A stretch of 55,880 nucleotides of DNA from [Eubacterium] saphenum (GTDB lineage: Bacteria; Bacillota; Clostridia; Oscillospirales; Ruminococcaceae), in contig SFLN01000016.1 in the NCBI GenBank assembly GCA_004554555.1, positions 1-55,880 on the forward strand, written 5' to 3'. Below the pieces are notes generated by a model. The model was not told where the DNA came from and ran no database searches. It saw only the letters and a program-made list of their open reading frames with translations. Positions 28,321 to 36,613 of this stretch are shown piece after piece (within the stretch, counting starts at the first letter, position 1; every line of letters begins with the position of its first letter). Made by a program: the position numbers and the translations under genes.

Positions 28321-30324
28321 ATGAAAAAATCCACAATGAAGTACGGACTGATAGTTGTTTTGGTCATCTTCGCGCTGGTTCCCGCCATTATTCTCGGAGT
28401 TGTCGGCACTATGTCGTCCTCGAGTTTCAGCAATGACGTCAAGCTCGAAGAGTTTAACTCGGTCACCATGTCCAAAGCGGGTACCGTCGGAACGGTTTTC
28501 GCAGGCTATCTGGGCGATGCGACAATGCTGTCAAAGCTGGACGCGGTTGTCGAGGCTGCTAAAACGGGCGGCGACGGCGCAAGTGCGATTGTGAAGTCCT
28601 ACGCCGAGAGCAATCCCGACGTTGCCGACGCGCTTGTTCTGAACGCTTCGGGCACGGTTGTAACCTCAGCGGCAGGCGCTGTAAATGGCACCTTTGAGCA
28701 TTTCGACAAGATTTCCGCAAGCGAGGTTTCGACGCTTCTTTCGTGGGATAAGTACCAGAGCGATGGATTTTTCGTTTCCCGCGAGATAAACAACGGCTCG
28801 GTTGTCGGCTATGTGTGCCTTGTCATCACACCCGCTTCCGACAGCGCGCTTTCGCAGGCGCTTGCGGGCACTTACGTCAACAATAAGGCGAACCTCGCGC
28901 TCATCGACAGCGAGGGCAACACCATCAATTTCAGCGGCAACGGCGCTTCGATGAAGGCAGGACAGCTTGACAGCGCGATTGCAGGCAAAAAGGACGAGTT
29001 CTTCAGAAATGTTGTGTCCAACGTCACCGTTCGCGATAACCAGGTTACGGGAACAGCCGGCAAATATCGCTACATAAGCGGCGTTATCCCCGAGGTAACG
29101 AGCTGGAGATGGCTTGCGGTATGCGATAACGGCGAGTTCGGCGCAGCGTCTTCACCCATTGTTCCGCTGATTATTTTGGCAGTTGTTGCTGTTGTAATGT
29201 GCGCGCTCGGCGTGTTCATCGTAACAAAGTTCGTCGGCAAAATGCACGATATGCTCAAGACGATGGACGGAATTACCCACGAAAACGGCATTTCCTCCAC
29301 TCGTTTCACGGTCAAGAAAAAGGAAGAGAACAGCGAGCTCGGCGCTATCCAGACGTCGTTCAACGAATTCCTCGACGAGGTTAAAATCAACTCTGACCGT
29401 TACCGCACGATTGCAAACCTGTCCGATAATATGCTTTTCGAGTGGGATTTCCACAAGGAGCTTATGTACATCTCGGACAATATGCTTCAGAAGTTCGACC
29501 TCAAGCCCGAGGGCGCAACGCTCTCGAACGGACGCTTCCTCGACAGCCTTATGACGCCCGAGGACGCGGATAAATACAAGCGCGATATCAGCGCGATGCT
29601 CAAGAGCCAGAAGGGCTACAACACGCAGTATCAGCTCATGTCCAAGAGCGGCACACCGATTTGGGTTTCGTTCCGTGCAAACTGCATAACCGACCGTATC
29701 GGCGAACCGCTTCGCGTAATCGGCGTCCTCACGGATATCGATAACGAGAAGAAGGCTGAAATGCAGCTCTCCGAGCGCGCTTCGATTGACTTCCTCTCGC
29801 AGCTCTACAACCGCAGCACCTTCATCAGAATGCTCACGCAGGAGCTTGACAGACGCGGCCCGAACAAGGTTGCGACAATGTTCATCGACGTCGATGACTT
29901 CAAGTTCATCAACGACCGCTATGGACACAGCTCGGGCGATGAAGCGATTAAGTTTGTTGCGGACAACATTCGCAAGAAGGTTGACGGACGCGGCGGCTTC
30001 GCGGGACGTTTCGGCGGCGACGAGTTCGTGCTTTGCTACACAAATCAAGAGGATATCGCAAATCTCGAGCAGATTGCGATGGACATTATCGATGAGCTGT
30101 ACGTTGGCTTTACGACAGCGGAAGGCACGCTTATCAACGTGAGAGTGTCGATAGGTATTTCCTACTGCCCGCAGCACACCGAGGACGTAAACGAGCTTAT
30201 TTCCTACTCGGATACGGCGATGTACTTCGTAAAGAAGAACGGCAAGACCAACTATCATATTTATATGCCGGAGGACAGCGAGTCGGGCGAATATATCGAC
30301 CCCGAGGGATATCAAGCGAATTGA
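28321..30324 (+). CDS. Membrane sensor diguanylate cyclase (TM, Cache-like, TM, HAMP-like, PAS, GGDEF)
   Basis: Two TM helices flanking an extracellular region; PAS-like segment ending GVLTDID; DFLSQLYNR, DVDDFKFINDRYGH and RFGGDEF. Confidence 0.92.
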   Translation: MKKSTMKYGLIVVLVIFALVPAIILGVVGTMSSSSFSNDVKLEEFNSVTMSKAGTVGTVFAGYLGDATMLSKLDAVVEAAKTGGDGASAIVKSYAESNPDVADALVLNASGTVVTSAAGAVNGTFEHFDKISASEVSTLLSWDKYQSDGFFVSREINNGSVVGYVCLVITPASDSALSQALAGTYVNNKANLALIDSEGNTINFSGNGASMKAGQLDSAIAGKKDEFFRNVVSNVTVRDNQVTGTAGKYRYISGVIPEVTSWRWLAVCDNGEFGAASSPIVPLIILAVVAVVMCALGVFIVTKFVGKMHDMLKTMDGITHENGISSTRFTVKKKEENSELGAIQTSFNEFLDEVKINSDRYRTIANLSDNMLFEWDFHKELMYISDNMLQKFDLKPEGATLSNGRFLDSLMTPEDADKYKRDISAMLKSQKGYNTQYQLMSKSGTPIWVSFRANCITDRIGEPLRVIGVLTDIDNEKKAEMQLSERASIDFLSQLYNRSTFIRMLTQELDRRGPNKVATMFIDVDDFKFINDRYGHSSGDEAIKFVADNIRKKVDGRGGFAGRFGGDEFVLCYTNQEDIANLEQIAMDIIDELYVGFTTAEGTLINVRVSIGISYCPQHTEDVNELISYSDTAMYFVKKNGKTNYHIYMPEDSESGEYIDPEGYQAN

Positions 30325-30407
30325 CAGAAGTTTGGTGCGGCGCTTGCAACGCTTAAAAGCGGCAAAAAGCGCCGCACGGGTATTTTATAGTTCGGAGGTT
30401 TGTTGTT

Positions 30408-31202
30408 TTGGCGAAAATAATTGCAGTGACAAATCAAAAGGGCGGTGTCGGAAAAACCACAACCTGCGCGGCACTTTGCGGCGGACTGTCGCAAATGGGC
30501 TACAAGGTGCTGGCGGTTGACCTTGACCCGCAGGGAAATCTGAGCTTCAGCCTCGGCGTTGAGGTTGAGGACAACTACACGATTTACGATGTGCTTAAGG
30601 ACAACTGCGACATTGACGAGGCGATAATTCACGGCGAACAGTGCGATGTTGTGCCGTCGAACATTTTGCTGTCGGGCTTGGAGCTTGAGATGACGGGCGT
30701 TGGCAGAGAGTACGTTCTCCGCGAGCAGCTCAACTACATAAAGAAGGATTACGACTATATCATTCTGGACACGCCGCCTGCGCTGTCGGTGCTCACGATA
30801 AACGCGTACACGGCGTCGGACGAGCTGGTAATCCCGATGTTGTGCGAAATCCTGTCGTTACAGGGCATCGCGCAGCTTAAACAGACAATCTTCGCGGTAA
30901 AGCGCTATTATAATAAGTCACTTTGCGTGCGCGGAATTTTGCTGAACAAGTACAACGGCCGCTACACGCTCACAAAAGAGGTCGAGGAGCTTGCGCAGAT
31001 GATTGCAAAGCAGCTTGAAACCGTGATTTTCAACACGAAAATCAGCGCGTGCGTGTCGATAGCGGAAGCGCCCGCACACGGCGAGAGCATAATCACATAC
31101 TCGCCGAAATCTAAGGGCGCAAAAGAGTTTTTGGCGTTCATCAACGAGCTGATTGAGCCGCACAAGATGAACAAAAGCAAGAAAACGGTTGAGGAGAAAT
31201 AA
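30408..31202 (+). CDS. ParA/Soj-family ATPase (no adjacent ParB)
   Basis: Deviant Walker A NQKGGVGKTT, DLDPQGN, DTPP, EAPAHG; TTG start after GGAGG. Confidence 0.93.
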   Translation: MAKIIAVTNQKGGVGKTTTCAALCGGLSQMGYKVLAVDLDPQGNLSFSLGVEVEDNYTIYDVLKDNCDIDEAIIHGEQCDVVPSNILLSGLELEMTGVGREYVLREQLNYIKKDYDYIILDTPPALSVLTINAYTASDELVIPMLCEILSLQGIAQLKQTIFAVKRYYNKSLCVRGILLNKYNGRYTLTKEVEELAQMIAKQLETVIFNTKISACVSIAEAPAHGESIITYSPKSKGAKEFLAFINELIEPHKMNKSKKTVEEK

Positions 31203-31216
31203 GGGAGCTGAAAAAT

Positions 31217-32071
31217 TTGCCGCAGAAAAAGAGTTCCAACGGTTCAGCCAACCGCGGCGCTGCCGAAATCAAAACAAATCATTCAAGTACCGCCGCCGAA
31301 AAATCGGGGGCGGCGGATTTGACGAAAAAAGCAAAACGTTCGGACAATGCGGTGAAGAGCGGGAAAAGTTCCACAAAGGACGCGTCAAAAAGTGCGCAAA
31401 AGAGTTCTGCGAAAGGCACGGCGGGTTCAACAAAGGGCACAACAGGTTCAGTGAAATCCACGGCAAAGGTCTCCACGAAAAGTTCACCGAAAGCCGAAAA
31501 AGCGAAGCCCGATAAGCCTGCAAAGTCGGCTGATAAGGGGAAATCGTTGAGTAAGCCGATGGCTGCGCTGAAAAAGTCGGGCGCAGCTTCCAAAAAATAC
31601 CACAAAAAGCCGAGCGATGACAGCGGAATTTCCTGCAAAACACCGCAGGTGATGAAGCTGGTTGCCGAGGACAACGGCTCAAACGCGGTGATTGCGGCGG
31701 GCAAAAGCCGAATTCCCGCGCGGCTTAAGGGAAGAGAACCGCTTTCGCGAATGGTTAAACGGGAAATGCACGGCGATATCTACGAGCCGAGCGAGGTTGA
31801 GGTCGTGAACCTCACGGAGCTTGCCGTCAAGTACGAAGCGCCGCAGATTTTGGACAGGTTCAACGCGTGTTCGTGTGAAAAATGCGTGGCGGTTTTCTCG
31901 GAAATGGTGCTGAAAAAGCTGCCGGCGCGGTTCGCGAGGATAACCAAAACCAAGCTGGGCATTCGTTCAAGAGAGCTGAGCGGCAGGGTTGAACCGGTGC
32001 GTGAAATGGTGCAAATCACGATGATTCGCGAGCTTATCAGAAGCAGAAAGCGGATTTTTCACGATGAATAA
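31217..32071 (+). CDS. Protein with a Lys/Ser-rich disordered N-terminus and a C-terminal ComFB-like domain
   Basis: VNLTELAV...RFNACSCEKC...LPARF resembles the ComFB pattern N.ME..V...CxCxxC...LPP.Y. Confidence 0.65.
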   Translation: MPQKKSSNGSANRGAAEIKTNHSSTAAEKSGAADLTKKAKRSDNAVKSGKSSTKDASKSAQKSSAKGTAGSTKGTTGSVKSTAKVSTKSSPKAEKAKPDKPAKSADKGKSLSKPMAALKKSGAASKKYHKKPSDDSGISCKTPQVMKLVAEDNGSNAVIAAGKSRIPARLKGREPLSRMVKREMHGDIYEPSEVEVVNLTELAVKYEAPQILDRFNACSCEKCVAVFSEMVLKKLPARFARITKTKLGIRSRELSGRVEPVREMVQITMIRELIRSRKRIFHDE

Positions 32072-32142
32072 ATTGAGGATAACAGCGCAAAATATTATAG
32101 CGTATTGTAAAATTTTGCCTTAATATACAGGGAGTAATACAA

Positions 32143-33159
32143 ATGTCACTTGATATTGGAATAGATTTGGGTACTGCGAATATTATCATCACGATTGCGG
32201 GGCGCGGAATTGTGCTGAACGAGCCGTCCGTGGTCGCGTATGACCGCAAGAAAAAGGCGGTTGTGGCAGTCGGCGCAGAGGCGTACAAAATGCTCGGCAG
32301 AACGCCGGAGTACATTGTCGCGGTGCGCCCGCTGAAGGACGGCGTGATTTCGGACAACGATATGACGCAGGCGATGATTAAGGAGTTCATCAACATCGTT
32401 AACGGCGGTTTTATGGTGAAGCCGCGGGTTGTGCTTTGCGTGCCGAGCTCGGTCACGGACGTTGAGCGCAGAGCAGTTGTCGAGGCGGCGGTGTCGGCAG
32501 GTGCGCGAAAGGTGTACCTCATCGAGGAGCCGATTGCGGCGCTTATCGGCGCGGGTGTTGACATTTCAAAGCCGAACGGCACGATGGTTGTGGACATCGG
32601 CGGCGGCACATCGGACGTTGCGATTGTTTCGTTCAACGGTATCGTGCAGTCGCGCTCGGTGAAGATGGCGGGAAACAAGTTTGACGCGGCGATAATCCGC
32701 TTGATAACGCAGAAATACAAGATTTTAATCGGTGAAAAAACCGCGGAAAAGGCAAAGAAGGAGATTGCGAACGTCTTCAACCCGACGGGCGAGAAGAAGA
32801 TGACCATTCGCGGCAGACACCTGCTGAAGGGGCTCCCCGAGAGCGTTGAGATATCGGATATTGATATGTATGAGGCTCTGCACGAGAACGCGATGGAGAT
32901 TGTGGAGCAGGTGAAGCTGACGCTTGAGTCCACGCCGCCGGAGCTTGTTGGCGATATTTTGTCGAGCGGAATTTTGCTGACGGGCGGCGGAGCGCTGCTG
33001 GGCGGGCTTCCCGAGCTGATTTCGGAGAACGTCGGGGCGCCGTGTTTTGTTGCCGATAACCCGATTGAGTGCGTGGCGAGGGGCGTTGACCAGTCGTTCA
33101 ATATGTCGAACAAGCTGCTTGACGGGTTTGAGCAGGTGTCGTTGTACGGGTTTAAGTGA
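32143..33159 (+). CDS. MreB/Mbl-family actin-like rod shape-determining protein
   Basis: IGIDLGTAN, EPSVVA, VDIGGGTSD, LTGGGALL; no mreC/mreD follows, so possibly the Mbl paralogue. Confidence 0.93.
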   Translation: MSLDIGIDLGTANIIITIAGRGIVLNEPSVVAYDRKKKAVVAVGAEAYKMLGRTPEYIVAVRPLKDGVISDNDMTQAMIKEFINIVNGGFMVKPRVVLCVPSSVTDVERRAVVEAAVSAGARKVYLIEEPIAALIGAGVDISKPNGTMVVDIGGGTSDVAIVSFNGIVQSRSVKMAGNKFDAAIIRLITQKYKILIGEKTAEKAKKEIANVFNPTGEKKMTIRGRHLLKGLPESVEISDIDMYEALHENAMEIVEQVKLTLESTPPELVGDILSSGILLTGGGALLGGLPELISENVGAPCFVADNPIECVARGVDQSFNMSNKLLDGFEQVSLYGFK

Positions 33160-33261
33160 CCGTTTTGGAATTTTTCGGGCAATTATTACAGATTGTAAAA
33201 TTATCGGGCAGTTTCGGCTGTCCGATTTTTGTGTTTTGGGGTGAATTTATTGCAAAGCTGT

Positions 33262-33835
33262 AACCGAGCACGCGAAGCGAAAAAAGTCTTTTTGGAATTT
33301 TTAAAACCTTTTTCTTCAGAAAAAGGTTTTAAACCGCCGGAGGCATCCGCGAGCGAAGCTGCGCTACTCCGCGCGAAGCGCGGAAATACGCGTTAGCAAG
33401 CGCAAAGGGCTTGAGGAAAACTTCGTTTTCCTCTTTGCGTTTTTTGCTTACGCAAAAATCCGCTTTATTATGGGGAAACAAGAGTTAAGGGGCTTGGGGG
33501 AAAACGAAGTTTTACAAAAACGCGCGATTTCGGCGGCTCGATGCCGCCGAAATCGCCAAGAGCGCGCAGACCGCGAGGTTGTGTTTTGAGGCACAGAGCA
33601 AGCTTAAAGGCGGGTGCAGTCACGTCCGTCACTTTTAAAACGGACGTGACTGCACCCGCGCGATTTTTCGGGTTCGATGCCCGAAAAATCGCCCGCACCT
33701 TCCACAAAGCAATCCCAATGGTAAAACTCGGCTCAAGAGCGTGTGAAGCCACGCTGAACAACCTTGCCCATTTCTTATTCTAAGGGCGTGGCTTCACACG
33801 CGCATTTTCGGCGGCTCGATGCCGCCGAAAATGCC
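33262..33835. repeat. Mosaic palindromic intergenic repeat locus 5
   Basis: Hairpin at 33300-33333 plus CCGCCGGAGGC, 99-bp block at 33388-33486, 33-bp hairpins at 33524, 33660 and 33802, perfect 20-bp stem at 33610-33659, 16-bp inverted repeat at 33739-33801. Confidence 0.9.
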
Positions 33836-33918
33836 AAGGCTTCGCAGAAGCCCAAAGTTATATTTGCAGAGCTTTTGCCGAAAATACCCGAGAGCGTGGT
33901 TTTTCGCTTTGCATATTT

Positions 33919-34106
33919 GGTTGACAAAAAGTAATGTTAACAAATATTATTACAATATGTAAAATTATCGAACAGTTTTCAACCACCCGAGAAAAATTTT
34001 TCCGCCACAAAAATCTTTCAACAGGTTGTCAACAATTCGATAAAAATAGTAATGTGAACAAATTGTTGAAAAATCAAGCAAAATCCCCAAGATATAGTTT
34101 TCAACC
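33919..34106. promoter_or_regulatory. Cluster of degenerate DnaA-box-like 9-mers upstream of mraZ
   Basis: About 8 TT(T/G)T(C/T)(A/C)AC(A/C)-like 9-mers, including pairs 11 bp apart at 34015/34026 (+) and 34053/34064 (-); none is a perfect TTATCCACA. Confidence 0.45.
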
Positions 34107-34247
34107 GTTTCGATAATCAATATATTGTAAAAAATTACAATTTTTTCTGAGTTTTTAGCCAAAGAATTAGCCTGCTTTTGTATAAATTGCACAAAAATAT
34201 GAACTTAATTTTATTCTGATTTTTTAAGAAAAGTTGCATTTAGGCTC

Positions 34248-34276
34248 TTGAAATATTTTAAGATTTGTTTTATAAT
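34248..34276 (+). promoter_or_regulatory. SigA promoter of the mraZ/dcw operon
   Basis: TTGAAA-17 bp-TATAAT. Confidence 0.8.
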
Positions 34277-34282
34277 AAGATT

Positions 34283-34298
34283 GTGGGGAAAAGTGGTG
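34283..34298 (+). promoter_or_regulatory. MraZ binding repeats
   Basis: GTGGGG-AAAA-GTGGTG: GTGG boxes at a 10-bp period directly downstream of the mraZ promoter (two boxes visible). Confidence 0.6.
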
Positions 34299-34459
34299 TA
34301 TAATTTCACTGTTTTGGGGAATATTTCATAACATTACAACAAAAACCACTTAATTCACAAAATGGGGAAAATAAAAAAATCTACGAAAAATCCGTCTGAG
34401 GAGGACGGAAAAGGTTTCTTTTCGAGGGGATTGAAGCGGACGGAAAGGGGGGAATAGAA

Positions 34460-34879
34460 ATGTGCGGCGAGTACGAGCATACGGTTGATGCAAAGGGAAG
34501 AATGAATTTCCCCGCGAAACTGCGCGAAGAGTTCGGCGAGCATTTCTATATTTCCAAAAGCTTCAATGAAAAGTGCCTTACTGTTTACACGAAGGAAAGC
34601 TGGGAGGCGCTCCGTGAGAGCCTCAAAGGTCAGCCTTCCAAAATCGCGCTGCCGATAGAAAGATTTATTTTCGGAAGCGCTTGCGAGGCGGAACCCGACA
34701 AGCAGGGCAGAATTGCAATCGCGCCCGCGCTGAGGGCTTACGCAGGGATTACGGCTGAGGTTGTCGTTGTGGGAATGAGCGACCGCGCCGAAATCTGGGA
34801 CAAGGCTCGCTGGGAAGAGTACAATAACAGCATTTTGCCCGAGGATATCGCGGCAATGGCTCAGGAGCTGAGAATTTGA
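34460..34879 (+). CDS. mraZ: Transcriptional regulator MraZ
   Basis: GEYEHTVDAKGR, DKQGRI, EIWD. Confidence 0.96.
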   Translation: MCGEYEHTVDAKGRMNFPAKLREEFGEHFYISKSFNEKCLTVYTKESWEALRESLKGQPSKIALPIERFIFGSACEAEPDKQGRIAIAPALRAYAGITAEVVVVGMSDRAEIWDKARWEEYNNSILPEDIAAMAQELRI

Positions 34880-35811
34880 TGGAGTTTTCGCATATTTCCG
34901 TGCTGCTCAAGGAAACGGTGGACGGCGCTTTTGGGGAAAAGTCGGGCGTCTACGCGGATTTGACGACAGGCGGCGGCGGTCACTCCTACGAGCTTGCAAA
35001 ACGGCTCGACAAGGAAAACGGGCGGCTTATCTGCTTCGACCAGGACGAAGAAGCGCTTGAGGCTGCCAAAAAACGGCTTGAAGGGCTTCCCGTAACGTTT
35101 GTGCGGGAGAATTTCAGAAATCTTGCGGCGGTTCTGGACAGGCTTGGAATAGACAAGCTTGACGGGATAATCGCGGATTTGGGTGTTTCGTCGCACCAGC
35201 TCGACGACGCGGCAAGAGGTTTTTCCTACAAAGCCGACGCGCCCCTTGATATGCGTATGAGCAGCGAGGGACTTTCGGCAAGAGATGTCGTGAACGAGTA
35301 TGAGCTCGGTGAACTGAAACGAATTTTATACGAGTACGGAGAAGAAAAATTTGCTCCGAAAATCGCGGCGGCGATTGTGTTCGCGCGCGAAAAATCGCCG
35401 ATTGAAACCACGGGCGAGCTTGCGGAAATTATAAAAAACAGCGTTCCCGCGGCTTATCGAAGGGAGAAAAATCCCTGCCGAAAGAGTTTCCAGGCGATAA
35501 GAATTGAGGTTAACGACGAACTTTCTGCGCTCGACGAGGTTCTTTGCGCGGGATTTGAACGGCTGAAAATCGGCGGCAAAATGTCGGTTATCACGTTTCA
35601 CTCGCTCGAGGACAGGATTGTCAAGGAGCGTTTTCGGGAATTTTGCACGGGCTGTACCTGCCCGCCGGAATTTCCCGTCTGCGTCTGCGGGAAAAAACCG
35701 CGCGCGGAACATATCACAAAAAAGCCGATTACGGCAGGGGAAACCGAGCTTGCGCAAAATCCGCGTTCAAGAAGCGCAAAGCTCAGGGTTATAAAGAAAA
35801 TCGCGGATTAA
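34876..35811 (+). CDS. rsmH: 16S rRNA (cytosine-N4)-methyltransferase
   Basis: HISVLL, GGGGHS, DLGVSSHQLD, FQAIRIEVN, NPRSRSAKLR. Confidence 0.98.
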   Translation: MMEFSHISVLLKETVDGAFGEKSGVYADLTTGGGGHSYELAKRLDKENGRLICFDQDEEALEAAKKRLEGLPVTFVRENFRNLAAVLDRLGIDKLDGIIADLGVSSHQLDDAARGFSYKADAPLDMRMSSEGLSARDVVNEYELGELKRILYEYGEEKFAPKIAAAIVFAREKSPIETTGELAEIIKNSVPAAYRREKNPCRKSFQAIRIEVNDELSALDEVLCAGFERLKIGGKMSVITFHSLEDRIVKERFREFCTGCTCPPEFPVCVCGKKPRAEHITKKPITAGETELAQNPRSRSAKLRVIKKIAD

Positions 35812-35958
35812 CTCGGGCTGCTTAGATGTTTTCAACAGCGCGGGTAAATAAAATGGACTAAATCGGTTTGGCGGCAACGCTCGGATAATAGATACAGCGC
35901 GTTTTGACAACGCAGATGAGTGCTTATCGACAGACTGAAAACGAAGGGGATGGAACCG

Positions 35959-36465
35959 ATGGCTTATACGGAAATACCGATTGACAACACAAACCTAGCT
36001 TACGACTTGTCGCGTTTTGACAGGTCGGAGCGTGAACAGCGCGAAAAGGAAGCGCCCAAGAGCAAAATGCACCTTGTTCCCGCGTTTTCCGTATCGAAAA
36101 GCGGTTCAAAGCTGAAGGTTGTCGCGGTTTCGCTCTTGTTTTTGGGGGCATTTACCGCAGTCAACTGTTCCAACACCCGCAAGGACGATGCGGCGCGGCT
36201 TGTTGAACAGCAGCAGGCTGAGCTTCAAAGCGCGCTTGATGATAACGCGCTCCTCAAAAGCCGCCTTGACAGCAAGGTGAACACGGCGTACATCGAGAAA
36301 TACGCAGTGGAGAAGTTAGGAATGGTTAAGGTTTCCGCGTCGCAGAAAAAGTACATCAGCGTGAACACGGAAAGCCTTGTTGAAATAGGCAGCGAGGAAA
36401 ACGGCGGCGTGGTGGATTCCGTCAAGTCGTGGTTTGACGGCTTTGTGGAATACATCGGCTTATAA
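35959..36465 (+). CDS. ftsL: FtsL-like cell division protein
   Basis: Position after rsmH; cytoplasmic segment, TM, coiled coil, AVEKLGM motif; start at 35950 or 35959. Confidence 0.7.
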   Translation: MAYTEIPIDNTNLAYDLSRFDRSEREQREKEAPKSKMHLVPAFSVSKSGSKLKVVAVSLLFLGAFTAVNCSNTRKDDAARLVEQQQAELQSALDDNALLKSRLDSKVNTAYIEKYAVEKLGMVKVSASQKKYISVNTESLVEIGSEENGGVVDSVKSWFDGFVEYIGL

Positions 36466-36531
36466 CGGCATAATATAGAGATGAACAAGCTCTTGCCGTT
36501 TGTTTCGGGCATTTTTTTACAGCGTGTTATG

Positions 36532-36565
36532 GGGGCTTGTTGATACTTTCAGCAAGCCCCGTTTT
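36532..36565 (+). terminator. Terminator-like hairpin between ftsL and the PBP gene
   Basis: GGGGCTTGTTGA-TACTT-TCAGCAAGCCCC followed by GTTTT. Confidence 0.5.
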
Positions 36566-36613
36566 ACAGTTTACGGCATTTTATGTTTTACGGCGTTTTA
36601 TGGAGGAATAACT

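Noticed and set aside
30408..32071. Chromosomal or plasmid parAB locus
   Set aside because: The downstream gene has no ParB motifs and I saw no parS palindrome or replication genes
33900..34250. Replication origin oriC
   Set aside because: No dnaA, dnaN or rpmH nearby and no perfect TTATCCACA box
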